A DNA stretch of 64,000 nt from Candidatus Komeilibacteria bacterium RIFOXYD1_FULL_37_29 (GCA_001818495.1 MHKS01000004.1:161235-225234), one strand, 5' to 3'; counted from the stretch's first letter, positions 19,801 to 29,746 are shown. The notes: a model not told the origin generated them from the letters alone. A program made the numbers and translations.

Positions 19801-22620
19801 ATGAACGCTTTTCCTCTATCTAGTTTAATAACAGCAATTTTAAGTTTAGCCTTATCTTTATTTGTTTATTGGAGAGGAGGCAAATCTATTTTAAATAGAC
19901 TTTGGGCAAGGACCAGTTTAACCATAAGTTTTTGGAGCTTTGGTTTATTTGGTGTTACATTTTTTTCAGATTATAATTATGCATATTTTTCTCAAACTAT
20001 TTTGGATATAGCGGGTGTATTTTTAGCTGTATTTTTTGTACACTTCGTTTTTAAATTAGTTGAGAAGAATAATAAGTTTTATAGATTTTTATTATATATT
20101 TTTTATTCAGTAGCAACATTATTAGCAATTTTAAGTTTTACAAAATATTTTAAAGTAGGATTAAAACCAGTTTTTGAATTTAGATATTGGATTGACCCGG
20201 GGCCAATATATATTATATTTCCAATATTTTTTTTAATTTTAGCTGTGGTTTCTATAACACTACTAATTATAGCAAGGGCTTCTTTTTCTGGTATTAAGAG
20301 TCAACAGATAAAATATGTTTTATATACAGCTTTTATAGGTTTTGGAGGAGGAGTTTTTAATTTTTTGCCTCAATTTTCTCATATATACCCCATTGGTAAT
20401 TATTTAGTTGGTTTTTACGCCTTTGCTATAACTTACGCAATGATAAAATACCGTCTGATGAATATAAGATTGATTATCACGCGCAGTATTCTATATGCCA
20501 TTTTGGTTGGTGCAGTAGCCGCTTTTTTTGCCTTGTCGGTAGTAGTAGTTGGTGAATTGATTGGTGGTAATACTCAAACTAGTAAAATAATCACTTATAT
20601 TGCCACATCTTTTATAGTAGTAGTATTTTTGGAGCCAGTAAAAAGGACTTGGGCCAAGCTAACTGACAAGATTTTTTATAAAGACAAAATTGATTATCAA
20701 GAAGTATTGCGAGAAGTAGGCAATGTAGTAGCTAGAGAGATTGACCTATATAAATTGTTAAAAGGCACTAGCCAACTACTAGCAGAGAGATTAAAAATCA
20801 AACAAGTATCGTCTTTTGTACCAAATGTCCAGGGGAAATTTCATCTTTTAGCCAGCTCCACTCAAAAAGAATCAGGCATTGTATTATCTGATGAATTGGT
20901 AAATTATATTCAAACCAATAAAAAGATTTTAATTATTGATGAATTGATTAGAGATCTTGGAGATTTGGATGAAAAATCCGAGCACTATAAAAATTTGAAT
21001 AGTTTTGTTAGTAATGCGGAAAACAATAAGATAGAAATGATAGTGCCGATAGTAGAAAGTAAAAATTTGACGGCTATATTGATTTTTAATGCCAAACAAT
21101 CCGGCGATTTGTATGAGCAAGATGATATAAACTTTTTAGAGGTATTGGGTCCGCAGATTGCCACATCCATTGAAAAATCTAAACTATACGAAGAAGTAGA
21201 GAGATTTAATAAAGAATTGCAACAAAAGGTAGAGGATAGGACCAAGAGTCTAAAAGAGGTCAATTTTGCTTTGGAGGAGAGAAACAAGTTTTTGACTACC
21301 ATTCAGGTGGTAACCAATATGATTAGTCGAACGCTTGATTTGAAAAAAGTCAATCAAATGATTGCCGACAGCTTGGCGACAGAAGTTGGTTATATTGGTG
21401 GAATGCTCAGTTTTGTAGACGAAGGCCACAAGTATCTCAAAGTAGGAGCTATTACCAATAATGAGCAGGCCAGAGATGCTTTCCGTATTTTATCCAAAGA
21501 ACCCAGAGACTATAAGAGTCTGTTGGAAGAAAACTATAATATTGGTGTCCAGACTTTTTTGACTGGAAAAATAAATTTTTCTGATCAACTGGCCAAATTC
21601 CTTTCCCCGCCAGTTGATAAAACGGAAATAGAACAAATTCAGAAAAAATTGGGTATCAAGACAATTGTCGGTGTGCCGGTGTTTTCTGAAGCCAAGATTA
21701 TTGGTGTGATTGAGTTTTATTTAGCGGTAACACGAGAAAAAATATCTTCATTGGATATTGAGATTATGACAGCCCTAGCCAATCAAGTTGGTATAGTGTC
21801 TCGTAACCTTAAACTGTATAACACACTCCAACATGCCAATGCCGAACTGCAAGATGCCAATACCAGACTGCGGGAGTTGGATAAAGCTAAATCAGAGTTT
21901 CTTTCTATTGCTTCTCATCAATTGCGCACCCCGATATCTGCCATCAAAGGGTATTTGTCCATGATGATTGACGGAGATTTTGGCAAACTACCGGATAATA
22001 TATCGGACGTAGTTAAAAATATTTTTGAAAGTGCGGCTCGTCTGGCTAGACTTATCAATATTTTCTTAAATGTCAGTCGTATTGAGTCTGGTCGTTTGAA
22101 ACTGGAAAAAAGACCTATGCAAATTGATGAATTGATTGATAGCGTTATAGTAGAACTTATCAACCAAGCCAAACAAAAAGGAGTAACATTGGAGTATAAG
22201 AAAAATAAAAAAGCGCCACCACTAATACTGGCCGATGCTGATAAGCTCCGGGAAGTAGTCTTGAACTTAATTGACAATGCTATCAAATATACACCTAAAG
22301 GATCAATAGTGGTAACGGTAAAGGCGGATGATAAATTATTAAATTTCAAAGTTACTGATACTGGTATTGGTATTAAAAAAGAAGAAGTGGGATCTTTATT
22401 TAGAAAATTTGTGCGTGGCTCGGGCGTAGCCCAGGTGCATACCAGCGGTTCTGGCTTGGGATTGTTTATTGCTCAAAAGATTATCAAAGAACACGACGGT
22501 CAGGTTTGGGCTGAGAGCGAGGGTAGTGGCAAAGGATCGGTCTTTCAATTTACTTTGCCAGTTTACAATGGGCATGATGTGCCGGCTTATAAGGAAGACG
22601 CCAAAGAGACTGGAAAATAG
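19801..22620 (+). CDS. Sensor histidine kinase: HisKA_7TM - TMs - GAF - GAF - HisKA - HATPase
   Basis: 7TM ending YAMIKYRL; two GAF-like segments; H-box ASHQLRTP, NLIDNAIKY, DTGIG, GSGLGL. Confidence 0.92.
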   Translation: MNAFPLSSLITAILSLALSLFVYWRGGKSILNRLWARTSLTISFWSFGLFGVTFFSDYNYAYFSQTILDIAGVFLAVFFVHFVFKLVEKNNKFYRFLLYIFYSVATLLAILSFTKYFKVGLKPVFEFRYWIDPGPIYIIFPIFFLILAVVSITLLIIARASFSGIKSQQIKYVLYTAFIGFGGGVFNFLPQFSHIYPIGNYLVGFYAFAITYAMIKYRLMNIRLIITRSILYAILVGAVAAFFALSVVVVGELIGGNTQTSKIITYIATSFIVVVFLEPVKRTWAKLTDKIFYKDKIDYQEVLREVGNVVAREIDLYKLLKGTSQLLAERLKIKQVSSFVPNVQGKFHLLASSTQKESGIVLSDELVNYIQTNKKILIIDELIRDLGDLDEKSEHYKNLNSFVSNAENNKIEMIVPIVESKNLTAILIFNAKQSGDLYEQDDINFLEVLGPQIATSIEKSKLYEEVERFNKELQQKVEDRTKSLKEVNFALEERNKFLTTIQVVTNMISRTLDLKKVNQMIADSLATEVGYIGGMLSFVDEGHKYLKVGAITNNEQARDAFRILSKEPRDYKSLLEENYNIGVQTFLTGKINFSDQLAKFLSPPVDKTEIEQIQKKLGIKTIVGVPVFSEAKIIGVIEFYLAVTREKISSLDIEIMTALANQVGIVSRNLKLYNTLQHANAELQDANTRLRELDKAKSEFLSIASHQLRTPISAIKGYLSMMIDGDFGKLPDNISDVVKNIFESAARLARLINIFLNVSRIESGRLKLEKRPMQIDELIDSVIVELINQAKQKGVTLEYKKNKKAPPLILADADKLREVVLNLIDNAIKYTPKGSIVVTVKADDKLLNFKVTDTGIGIKKEEVGSLFRKFVRGSGVAQVHTSGSGLGLFIAQKIIKEHDGQVWAESEGSGKGSVFQFTLPVYNGHDVPAYKEDAKETGK

Positions 22621-22686
22621 AGCATTTTGACTATTTATTTTTTCTAGATTATAATGTGATAACCTAATAATTAAATAGTAGTTAGT

Positions 22687-22899
22687 ATGAAGAAGAAAAG
22701 CGAAGTAACAAATTTAGAAATTTTAGACGCCATAAACGATTTTTCCACCTCGGTAGACAAACGTTTTGATGGTGTTGAATCAAGGCTGGATAGTTTAGAA
22801 TATAATCAGGAAAATATTATATCTAAACTTGATAATGTAGCCCATAGATTTGAGATTAGAGATTTGGAAAAGAGGGTTGGGATTTTGGAAAATAAATAA
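22687..22899 (+). CDS. Small coiled-coil hypothetical protein
   Basis: 70 aa with heptad pattern VDKRFDGVESRLDSLE; own promoter-like TTGACT...TATAAT upstream and a terminator downstream. Confidence 0.7.
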   Translation: MKKKSEVTNLEILDAINDFSTSVDKRFDGVESRLDSLEYNQENIISKLDNVAHRFEIRDLEKRVGILENK

Positions 22900-22908
22900 T
22901 GATATTTT

Positions 22909-22937
22909 AAAACACCGCATCAAACGCGGTGTTTTTT
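22909..22937 (+). terminator. Rho-independent terminator at left edge of AT-rich island
   Basis: aaaacaccgc-atcaaac-gcggtgtttttt. Confidence 0.75.
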
Positions 22938-23017
22938 GTTTATAGATTTTTTATGAGAAGGGGGAGGGGATAACTTTTATAGATTTTTCTTGACTCAGCC
23001 CCCCGCGAGGAGCTGGG

Positions 23018-23046
23018 TTGACAACATTTTTTTATGAGTATATATT
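23018..23046 (+). promoter_or_regulatory. sigma70 promoter of the VanX-like/Ddl cluster
   Basis: TTGACA-17-TATATT; RBS AGGAGG at 23170-23175. Confidence 0.6.
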
Positions 23047-23181
23047 TAAAGTAGAAATATAAGACGGCTATTAATATAGCGACGGCTTATAAAAATGTCC
23101 TCTCACAATAAAATATATATGAAGAAAAACAATTTTGGGATCTAATATCAAGTTCATCACTCAACCACCAGGAGGATAGCC

Positions 23182-23970
23182 ATGGATTACAGCTTGATAG
23201 TTGACGAAGTAAAGAGGGTGGCAAACATAACAGAAACAGCTTTTTTGAAAAAATGGCAGGCAATACCTATTATTGACAACAGAGAAAAGTTATTGCTCAT
23301 TCCTGAAAATTTTTGTTATCCATTTTATGCTAACACTATGAATATCACTGAAGATAAAAGAATTTTTTTAAGAGAGGTGACATTTTTAATGTTTGTAAAA
23401 GCATATGAAATACTCGGGGGTCTCGGTTTGGAACTTAGAATATATGATGGTTGGAGGCCGGTTAGCTTACAGGAACAGCTTTATTGGTTGTATATGAAGC
23501 AATTTACAGTATGTAAATTTTCTAACATAGCCCCTTTGTTTTCTCAAGCTATTTTGGCTACAGAAATTAAAAATGTTTTTAGTTTATTGGTCAAAAAAAC
23601 TCAAGAAATCCTGCATAAATTAAATAGGAGATATGTAAGTTGGCCTTCAAACAATAGAGATTTTCCCAGTCCTCATGCTACTGGCGGAGCTGTGGATGTT
23701 TGGATATTACAGAATGGTAAGTCTGTAGATTTGGGGGTCAATTTTGACTCTATGGAAGAATCTGCTGGTGCTTTCTATCATTTGCGTAATGATAGAATTA
23801 AGTTTAAAAATGATGATCGGGTATGCTACTATAGGAATGTATTGCTTTATGCCATGGTTAATGCTGGATTTTCTTGCTATCCGCCAGAGATTTGGCATTT
23901 TAATTATGGTAATCAAATGCATGCTTTGGTTACTAAAAAAGTAGCGAATTATTCATATATTGAACCATAG
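23182..23970 (+). CDS. M15-family D-alanyl-D-alanine dipeptidase (VanX/DdpX-like)
   Basis: IYDGWRP, SPHATGGAVD, EIWHF Zn-peptidase motifs. Confidence 0.88.
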   Translation: MDYSLIVDEVKRVANITETAFLKKWQAIPIIDNREKLLLIPENFCYPFYANTMNITEDKRIFLREVTFLMFVKAYEILGGLGLELRIYDGWRPVSLQEQLYWLYMKQFTVCKFSNIAPLFSQAILATEIKNVFSLLVKKTQEILHKLNRRYVSWPSNNRDFPSPHATGGAVDVWILQNGKSVDLGVNFDSMEESAGAFYHLRNDRIKFKNDDRVCYYRNVLLYAMVNAGFSCYPPEIWHFNYGNQMHALVTKKVANYSYIEP

Positions 23971-24029
23971 TCTGGCAGAGAATATATATAATATGTTCTC
24001 TGCCACTAATAATTTTAAAATTATATTTT

Positions 24030-25067
24030 ATGTCAAAGAGAATGAAGATAGCTATTGTTGTTGGCGGTGTATCAAACGAAAGAGATATTTCTATAAAAAG
24101 TGGGCAACATATTTTTGATCATTTATCTAGTATTAACTATGATAAATGTTTTGTTGAAATTACCAAAGAGGGCAAGTGGCTTTTATCTGGCGATAAGTTG
24201 AAAATAGGAGACGGTGTTTCCAAAAATAAAACTTTGTCTATATTATATTCCCAAAGAGGTATAAACAAAAATGACCTAGAAAGTTTTGATGTAATATTTT
24301 TGGCTTTGCACGGAAAATTCGGGGAGGATGGTAAAATCCAGTCCATATTGGATATTATAGGCATACCATATACTGGCTCGGGTGTATTGGCTAGTGCTTT
24401 ATCCATGAATAAGGCCAAGACTATGCAATTTTTGAGGAGTATGGACATTAAAACGCCGAAATTTTTACAGCTATTAAATAAAAACGATATAGATTTGAAA
24501 GTAGTAGATAAATTTATAGTAGAGAATTTTGGTTATCCTTGCATAGTAAAGCCAAACGAATCAGGATCTAGCATTGGTATCAACATAGTGCATTCTGTTA
24601 GCGATCTGTCGCCGGCAATAAAAGAAGCTTATCAGGAAGATAATCAGATATTAATTGAAGAGTTTATAAAAGGCAGAGAATTTACTTGTGGAGTATTGGG
24701 TAATAGTAATCAAAACAAAATATTAGCTTTGCCACCGGTGGAAGTATTAACTGATAGGAAATTTTTTGATTATGAGGCGAAATATATTTCTAAAAACACC
24801 AAAGAAATTTGTCCAGCTGATATACCTAGTAAATTAGCAGAGGATATTCAGTCTTTATCTCAAAGAGTACATAGGGCCATTGGTTGTGATGGACTTACAC
24901 GTTCGGATTTCATATTAAAAAATAATGAGCTTTATTTTTTGGAAATAAATACCTTGCCAGGACTTACAGAAGGAAGTTTGTGCCCCAAAGAGGTAAAAGC
25001 AGTCGGCATGACTTTTTCAGAATTTTTAGATAAACAGATAAAGTTAGCAATAGAAAAACGTAAATAA
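24030..25067 (+). CDS. ddl: D-alanine--D-alanine ligase
   Basis: GGVSNER, LHGKFGEDG, GSSIG, FFDYEAKY, EINTLPG. Confidence 0.92.
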   Translation: MSKRMKIAIVVGGVSNERDISIKSGQHIFDHLSSINYDKCFVEITKEGKWLLSGDKLKIGDGVSKNKTLSILYSQRGINKNDLESFDVIFLALHGKFGEDGKIQSILDIIGIPYTGSGVLASALSMNKAKTMQFLRSMDIKTPKFLQLLNKNDIDLKVVDKFIVENFGYPCIVKPNESGSSIGINIVHSVSDLSPAIKEAYQEDNQILIEEFIKGREFTCGVLGNSNQNKILALPPVEVLTDRKFFDYEAKYISKNTKEICPADIPSKLAEDIQSLSQRVHRAIGCDGLTRSDFILKNNELYFLEINTLPGLTEGSLCPKEVKAVGMTFSEFLDKQIKLAIEKRK

Positions 25068-25934
25068 ATGAATAAAAAATGTTACATATTAATGAATGCC
25101 GATGGTCCAGAAGAGTTAGCATCGATCTTATCAGCTAAAGATGTTTTTAGGGCAGTAAAATTTTTTTATGATCCAACATTATTAAAATTAACAAAAGATA
25201 ATTGGTTTAGAAAAATACAGACTTTAGATAAAGGGTCTATTTGTATCTTAACAACACATGGCGATTTTGGCGAAAATGGTAGTCTGCAAAAAGTATTAGA
25301 AATAAAAAAAATTGCTCATACACATTCCCCAGCAACAGTTTGTGGTATTTTACTTAATAAACATTTAAGTAAAATGTTTTATAAATCTTTAGGCATCAGT
25401 ACTCCGTCCTGGTATTTTAATGACAATATATATGGTTGCAAACTCAATAAAATGTTTTCTAAAAAGTTTGTGAAAAAGCCGTTATTAGGAGGCAGTAAAG
25501 TAGGTATAAAGAAAGTAAACAATATATCTAGTGGTGATGTTGATCAATATATCTATGAAACATATGTCGACGGTTCTATACAAATTAGTATGAGTATTTT
25601 AGGAAGCGGTGAGAATGCATTGTCTTTGGCACCAGTTATAAGAAAGAGGCCTCTTTTTGCCGCTTCAAAATACAGTATCTCTTATAATAAGATAGATCAG
25701 CGGATAATAGATAAATGTGGAGCTTGGGCGAAAAAAATACACATATCATTAGGATGCCGTGGAGTAACAAAAACAGATTTTTTGCTAGATAAGTATGGGG
25801 AGATTTGGGCCATTGAAACAGACGCTATTCCAGGATTGTCAAAGACTAATGCAATCTCAATAAGTGCAGAAAGGTCGGGTTTAAGTTACAGAGAGCTAGT
25901 AAGTAAAATTTTACAAGATGTTTATGTCGAATAA
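25068..25934 (+). CDS. Divergent Ddl-like ATP-grasp ligase
   Basis: THGDFGENG, NKHLSK, KP..GGS, LGCRGVTKTDF, IETDAIPG. Shortened; omega loop altered. Confidence 0.8.
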   Translation: MNKKCYILMNADGPEELASILSAKDVFRAVKFFYDPTLLKLTKDNWFRKIQTLDKGSICILTTHGDFGENGSLQKVLEIKKIAHTHSPATVCGILLNKHLSKMFYKSLGISTPSWYFNDNIYGCKLNKMFSKKFVKKPLLGGSKVGIKKVNNISSGDVDQYIYETYVDGSIQISMSILGSGENALSLAPVIRKRPLFAASKYSISYNKIDQRIIDKCGAWAKKIHISLGCRGVTKTDFLLDKYGEIWAIETDAIPGLSKTNAISISAERSGLSYRELVSKILQDVYVE

Positions 25935-27297
25935 ATTAGCTTTATTTGGAGGAAAGCCTTTGGTTAAAGATCATAAGAGATTAAGGCTTGATTGGCCCAT
26001 TGTAGATAAAAGTGACTATGGCGCTATTAAAAAAGCTTTTGATGATAGAGATTTTTCTGGTAGGGGTTCAAAAAGAATATCTGATTTAGAATACATTTTT
26101 TCAAAATATTATGATGGCTTATATGCAACGGCTTTAAACAGCGGAACAGCGGCACTGCATTTGGCGTTGATTTCTTTGGGTATTAAGCCTGGCGATGAGG
26201 TGATAGTACCAGCTCTAACTTTTGTGGCGACAGCCATGAGTGTGATACATAATAATTCTATTCCAGTATTTGCTGATATTGACCGTAAAAATTTTAATAT
26301 ATTACCATCCAGCATAGAGAAGAACATATCAAAAAGAACTAAGGCGGTTATAGTAGTGCATTTGCATGGAGCCCCGGCTGATATGGATCCCATAATAAAA
26401 ATATGCAGAAAATATAAGTTGAAATTGATAGAGGATGTAGCTCAGGCACCAGGCGCTACTTATAAGGGTAGAAAAATTGGTACATTTGGCGACGCAGCTA
26501 TATTCAGTTTGATGTCCCAAAAAAATTTAGCTACTTGTGGCGAATGTGGAATTTTATTGAATAAAAGTAAGAATGATAAAAATAGAGCAGAGATGGCACG
26601 TATTTATGGTGAAATTGTTAAATCTAATACTGAAAGGATTTATAATTCATATACTCTGGGTTGGAATTACACATTAAATCCAATTCAAGCGGCTATGGCC
26701 ATTAGCCAACTAAAAAAATTTAATAAGATTACTAATGAGATACAATATAGAGCTAGAAAATTAAATAATGCCCTTAATAAATTTGGCTGGATTTTGCCAC
26801 CAGTCGAATCAGAAGGAACTGAAAGCGTTTTTCATTTTTATAGGTTCCAGTTAAATTCTAATTATTTTGATTATAAGTGTGTTGGTAGATTCAGACAGGC
26901 TGTGCAAGATGCTCTAAATGCCGAAGGTTTGAATGTCAGACATTATCAGAAGATTCCTCTGGCCGGGCAGCCATTTTTTCAAAAAAATGATATAAATAAA
27001 GAATTGCCCTGGTCATTAAATAGTAATAGTTATATTTATAATATAAATGATTATCCAAATACTTTAGAAGTAATTAATAGCACACTAATTCTTGGAGCGA
27101 TTAGTTCTGCTCCTGGCTATCTGCTTTGTCCGGGTACGATAGAAAAATATTTATTAGGTTTTGAAAAAATTGATAAAAATATTCATAAATTGCTCAGTTA
27201 TGCTGATGGTATCAAATATTCGGAACCATGGGAAGAAATGAAAGTCATATCAGATAGTTTTGGAGCTAAATATGGGGTATTTTCTAGTGGTGGCTAA
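25924..27297 (+). CDS. DegT/DnrJ/EryC1/StrS-family PLP aminotransferase
   Basis: NSGTAALH, TFVATA, IEDVAQA, PLP lysine in SQKNL. Confidence 0.92.
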   Translation: MSNKLALFGGKPLVKDHKRLRLDWPIVDKSDYGAIKKAFDDRDFSGRGSKRISDLEYIFSKYYDGLYATALNSGTAALHLALISLGIKPGDEVIVPALTFVATAMSVIHNNSIPVFADIDRKNFNILPSSIEKNISKRTKAVIVVHLHGAPADMDPIIKICRKYKLKLIEDVAQAPGATYKGRKIGTFGDAAIFSLMSQKNLATCGECGILLNKSKNDKNRAEMARIYGEIVKSNTERIYNSYTLGWNYTLNPIQAAMAISQLKKFNKITNEIQYRARKLNNALNKFGWILPPVESEGTESVFHFYRFQLNSNYFDYKCVGRFRQAVQDALNAEGLNVRHYQKIPLAGQPFFQKNDINKELPWSLNSNSYIYNINDYPNTLEVINSTLILGAISSAPGYLLCPGTIEKYLLGFEKIDKNIHKLLSYADGIKYSEPWEEMKVISDSFGAKYGVFSSGG

Positions 27298-27319
27298 ACA
27301 GATTAATTATAAAATTATT

Positions 27320-28009
27320 ATGGGAGTTGTAGATAAAATTTTGTATAATTTTAATAACGGTGTTGATATATTGAGTTGTAATAATGACTTGTCATTAGTT
27401 GATTGTTCAGGAAAATTATATGAGTATGAGACAAAAGTTAATTTAGATAATTTTGGTGATCTTGCTGAAACACTTAGAATAATTAAATCATTGAAAATAT
27501 TAAAATTTGAAAATAGATCGGAGATGCATTATTTATTTAACATTAGTGAAAATATAATCGCTTATCTAGTATTTGTTGATGGGCTTTCTCAAGTTTGGAT
27601 AAAGTTTAAATATGATATTAACAAAATCAACACAAGTGAGTTTAAGATACCATTGATATTAAGAAGGGGTAAAAAATTTCGTCCGGGTGATTATAATTAT
27701 AAGAGAGCGTTTCATACTCTTATGAAAGGGAAATATTATGATTCTTATTATAAAAAATGTATAAATTATTTTTTTAGGTATAATAATTTTTTTTATTCAC
27801 TTTCTTTATCTTTAGTCAATAATCAAAACGGTTTTCAGCATAATCAAATGGAATTTGAATATGAAGGTGTATTAAAAGGCATGGATAATCCAAATAGGGA
27901 GGATATATTAAAAGGTTTTGATTTACTTTTTAAAAATTCATTTCCTTTCCTATTTGGTAAATTTAATACCGAAACAAAATATGAAGCATTGAAAAATCAA
28001 TTTCGTTAA
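27320..28009 (+). CDS. CYTH-like (triphosphate tunnel) protein, putative
   Basis: ExExK motif (EYETK), late EFEY and C-terminal TKYE. Start codon uncertain (27260-27320). Confidence 0.5.
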   Translation: MGVVDKILYNFNNGVDILSCNNDLSLVDCSGKLYEYETKVNLDNFGDLAETLRIIKSLKILKFENRSEMHYLFNISENIIAYLVFVDGLSQVWIKFKYDINKINTSEFKIPLILRRGKKFRPGDYNYKRAFHTLMKGKYYDSYYKKCINYFFRYNNFFYSLSLSLVNNQNGFQHNQMEFEYEGVLKGMDNPNREDILKGFDLLFKNSFPFLFGKFNTETKYEALKNQFR

Positions 28010-28034
28010 AATATAATATTATTATGTAATCAAA

Positions 28035-28499
28035 ATGAATATATATTTAAAAAAACTTATTAAAGAAAAATTTATAAAACCGCTTAAAGTTTTGGATCTT
28101 GGCGCGGAGGATTTTTTAGATGTGGATCATTTAAGACAATTAAATTGGATATGTGAAGGTGTGGATATAAATAATGGAGTTGATTTAGAAAAGTATTTTT
28201 TGTCATCTAACTATCCGTTTGATTTGGTCTTTTCTAATTATGTTATACATAAAATAAAGAACAGGGAGCAATTTGCCAAAATAATTTTTGACAATTTAAA
28301 AAAAGATGGTTGGTTTTTTATACACACTTTTGACAAGACAGACGAGAATAGCCAGTCTGTTTTAACAGAGGGTTATTTGTATGAGATATTATCTAACCAA
28401 GGTTTTAGAAACATTAAAACAAAAGTTTTTAGTTTTTATGATAATCAAGAAAATCATAAACGTTGGCATAAAATATTAGAGGCCACGGGGCAAAAGTAA
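28035..28499 (+). CDS. Small class I SAM-dependent methyltransferase
   Basis: VLDLGA, GVDI, FDLVFSNYVIH, LKKDGWF. Confidence 0.8.
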   Translation: MNIYLKKLIKEKFIKPLKVLDLGAEDFLDVDHLRQLNWICEGVDINNGVDLEKYFLSSNYPFDLVFSNYVIHKIKNREQFAKIIFDNLKKDGWFFIHTFDKTDENSQSVLTEGYLYEILSNQGFRNIKTKVFSFYDNQENHKRWHKILEATGQK

Positions 28500-28581
28500 A
28501 TGTAAATTATGAAATTTATATATGATCATTGTGATTTAAAAAAAATTGTGGTGACAATATATAAAATAATATTATTTAAAT

Positions 28582-29220
28582 ATGAGAGAATACCTTAACC
28601 TAAAATCAATAAAAGCCGATAAAAAATTACAAGCATTTCTTGCGACTACTCAGAGAGAGTTTAATTCATTTTTTCATTTCAAAATTGTTGAACCGTTGAT
28701 TTTTTTAGTAACAACTCGCCGAGATTTAGATTTGCTGGTCGGTAGGAAAACAGAAAGATGGTTTGTCGGAATGACTAAAAATAATTGTATTTATATATTG
28801 GATAAAAAAAAATTTGCCAAACAATCAAATCATAAAGAGGAAGATTTTTGGCAAACATTAAAACATGAGTACAGTCATATTTATTATACGCAAATAACCA
28901 AAAGTCACTATCCATTTTGGCTAAATGAGGGGCTGGCCTGTCTTCTTTCCGGTAAAAAGCTGGTCCTTAAAAAAGATAGTAAAGATAAACTAGTGAATGT
29001 TTTGTCGTATTTTAATCATAGGGATAGGGATATATATATGGTCGGCCATTACTGGGTAGAGTATTTATTAAAAAATTATGGTAAAAGAAAACTGGTGCAG
29101 TTAATAAAAAATCTAAATTTTAAATCAGAAATAAATAGTCGGCAATTTGTTGATAAATTTTTTAAGATATACGGTTTTAGATTCACCAAAACAAATTTAA
29201 TGAAAATGATAATGTTATAA
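28582..29220 (+). CDS. Gluzincin (peptidase MA-like) metalloprotease
   Basis: HEYSH followed by PFWLNEGLA. Confidence 0.78.
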   Translation: MREYLNLKSIKADKKLQAFLATTQREFNSFFHFKIVEPLIFLVTTRRDLDLLVGRKTERWFVGMTKNNCIYILDKKKFAKQSNHKEEDFWQTLKHEYSHIYYTQITKSHYPFWLNEGLACLLSGKKLVLKKDSKDKLVNVLSYFNHRDRDIYMVGHYWVEYLLKNYGKRKLVQLIKNLNFKSEINSRQFVDKFFKIYGFRFTKTNLMKMIML

Positions 29221-29224
29221 ATAG

Positions 29225-29746
29225 ATGAAATTTGTATATGACAAAAAAATAGACAATGAGTGTCATCAGAGAATTAATGCTCGTGATGATATTTTTGGTG
29301 AGAAAATAAAAAAAGACATATATCCTGTTAGTGATGAAATAGTTCAGCAGTTTTCTAATAAATGGACGTCAGAGATAGAAGGGTCTTTTGAAAAGGGGAT
29401 ATTTGAAATATTCAATAAACACATCCCTAAAGATTTTATTTGCTACATTATTTCTAGCCCTTACTCTATGGATATCAAAGAGGGCATAGCTATATCGGCT
29501 TCTTCTTTAGGCGCGATGATAAGAATGATTTGTCATGAGGCCAATCACTATATGTTTCGGCAGAGTAATTATAGAGATAAATATTTTCCGAATATGGATA
29601 TAGAAGACGCCAAGGAAATATTTACTATCGTCAATAATATTTATTTCAAAGATATTATGGAGACGCCAGATAATGGTTGGAAAAAATTTTGGTCGCAGAG
29701 AAAAGGTTTTTTACAGAAATGGCAATCTAATAATTTAAAACAATGA
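29225..29746 (+). CDS. Hypothetical HExxH protein
   Basis: CHEANH plus downstream KEIFT. Confidence 0.6.
   Translation: MKFVYDKKIDNECHQRINARDDIFGEKIKKDIYPVSDEIVQQFSNKWTSEIEGSFEKGIFEIFNKHIPKDFICYIISSPYSMDIKEGIAISASSLGAMIRMICHEANHYMFRQSNYRDKYFPNMDIEDAKEIFTIVNNIYFKDIMETPDNGWKKFWSQRKGFLQKWQSNNLKQ

Noticed and set aside
23182-25934. VanA/VanB-type glycopeptide resistance cluster
   Set aside because: No vanH dehydrogenase or vanRS pair, and the main ligase has the DYEAKY loop typical of D-Ala-D-Ala ligases.
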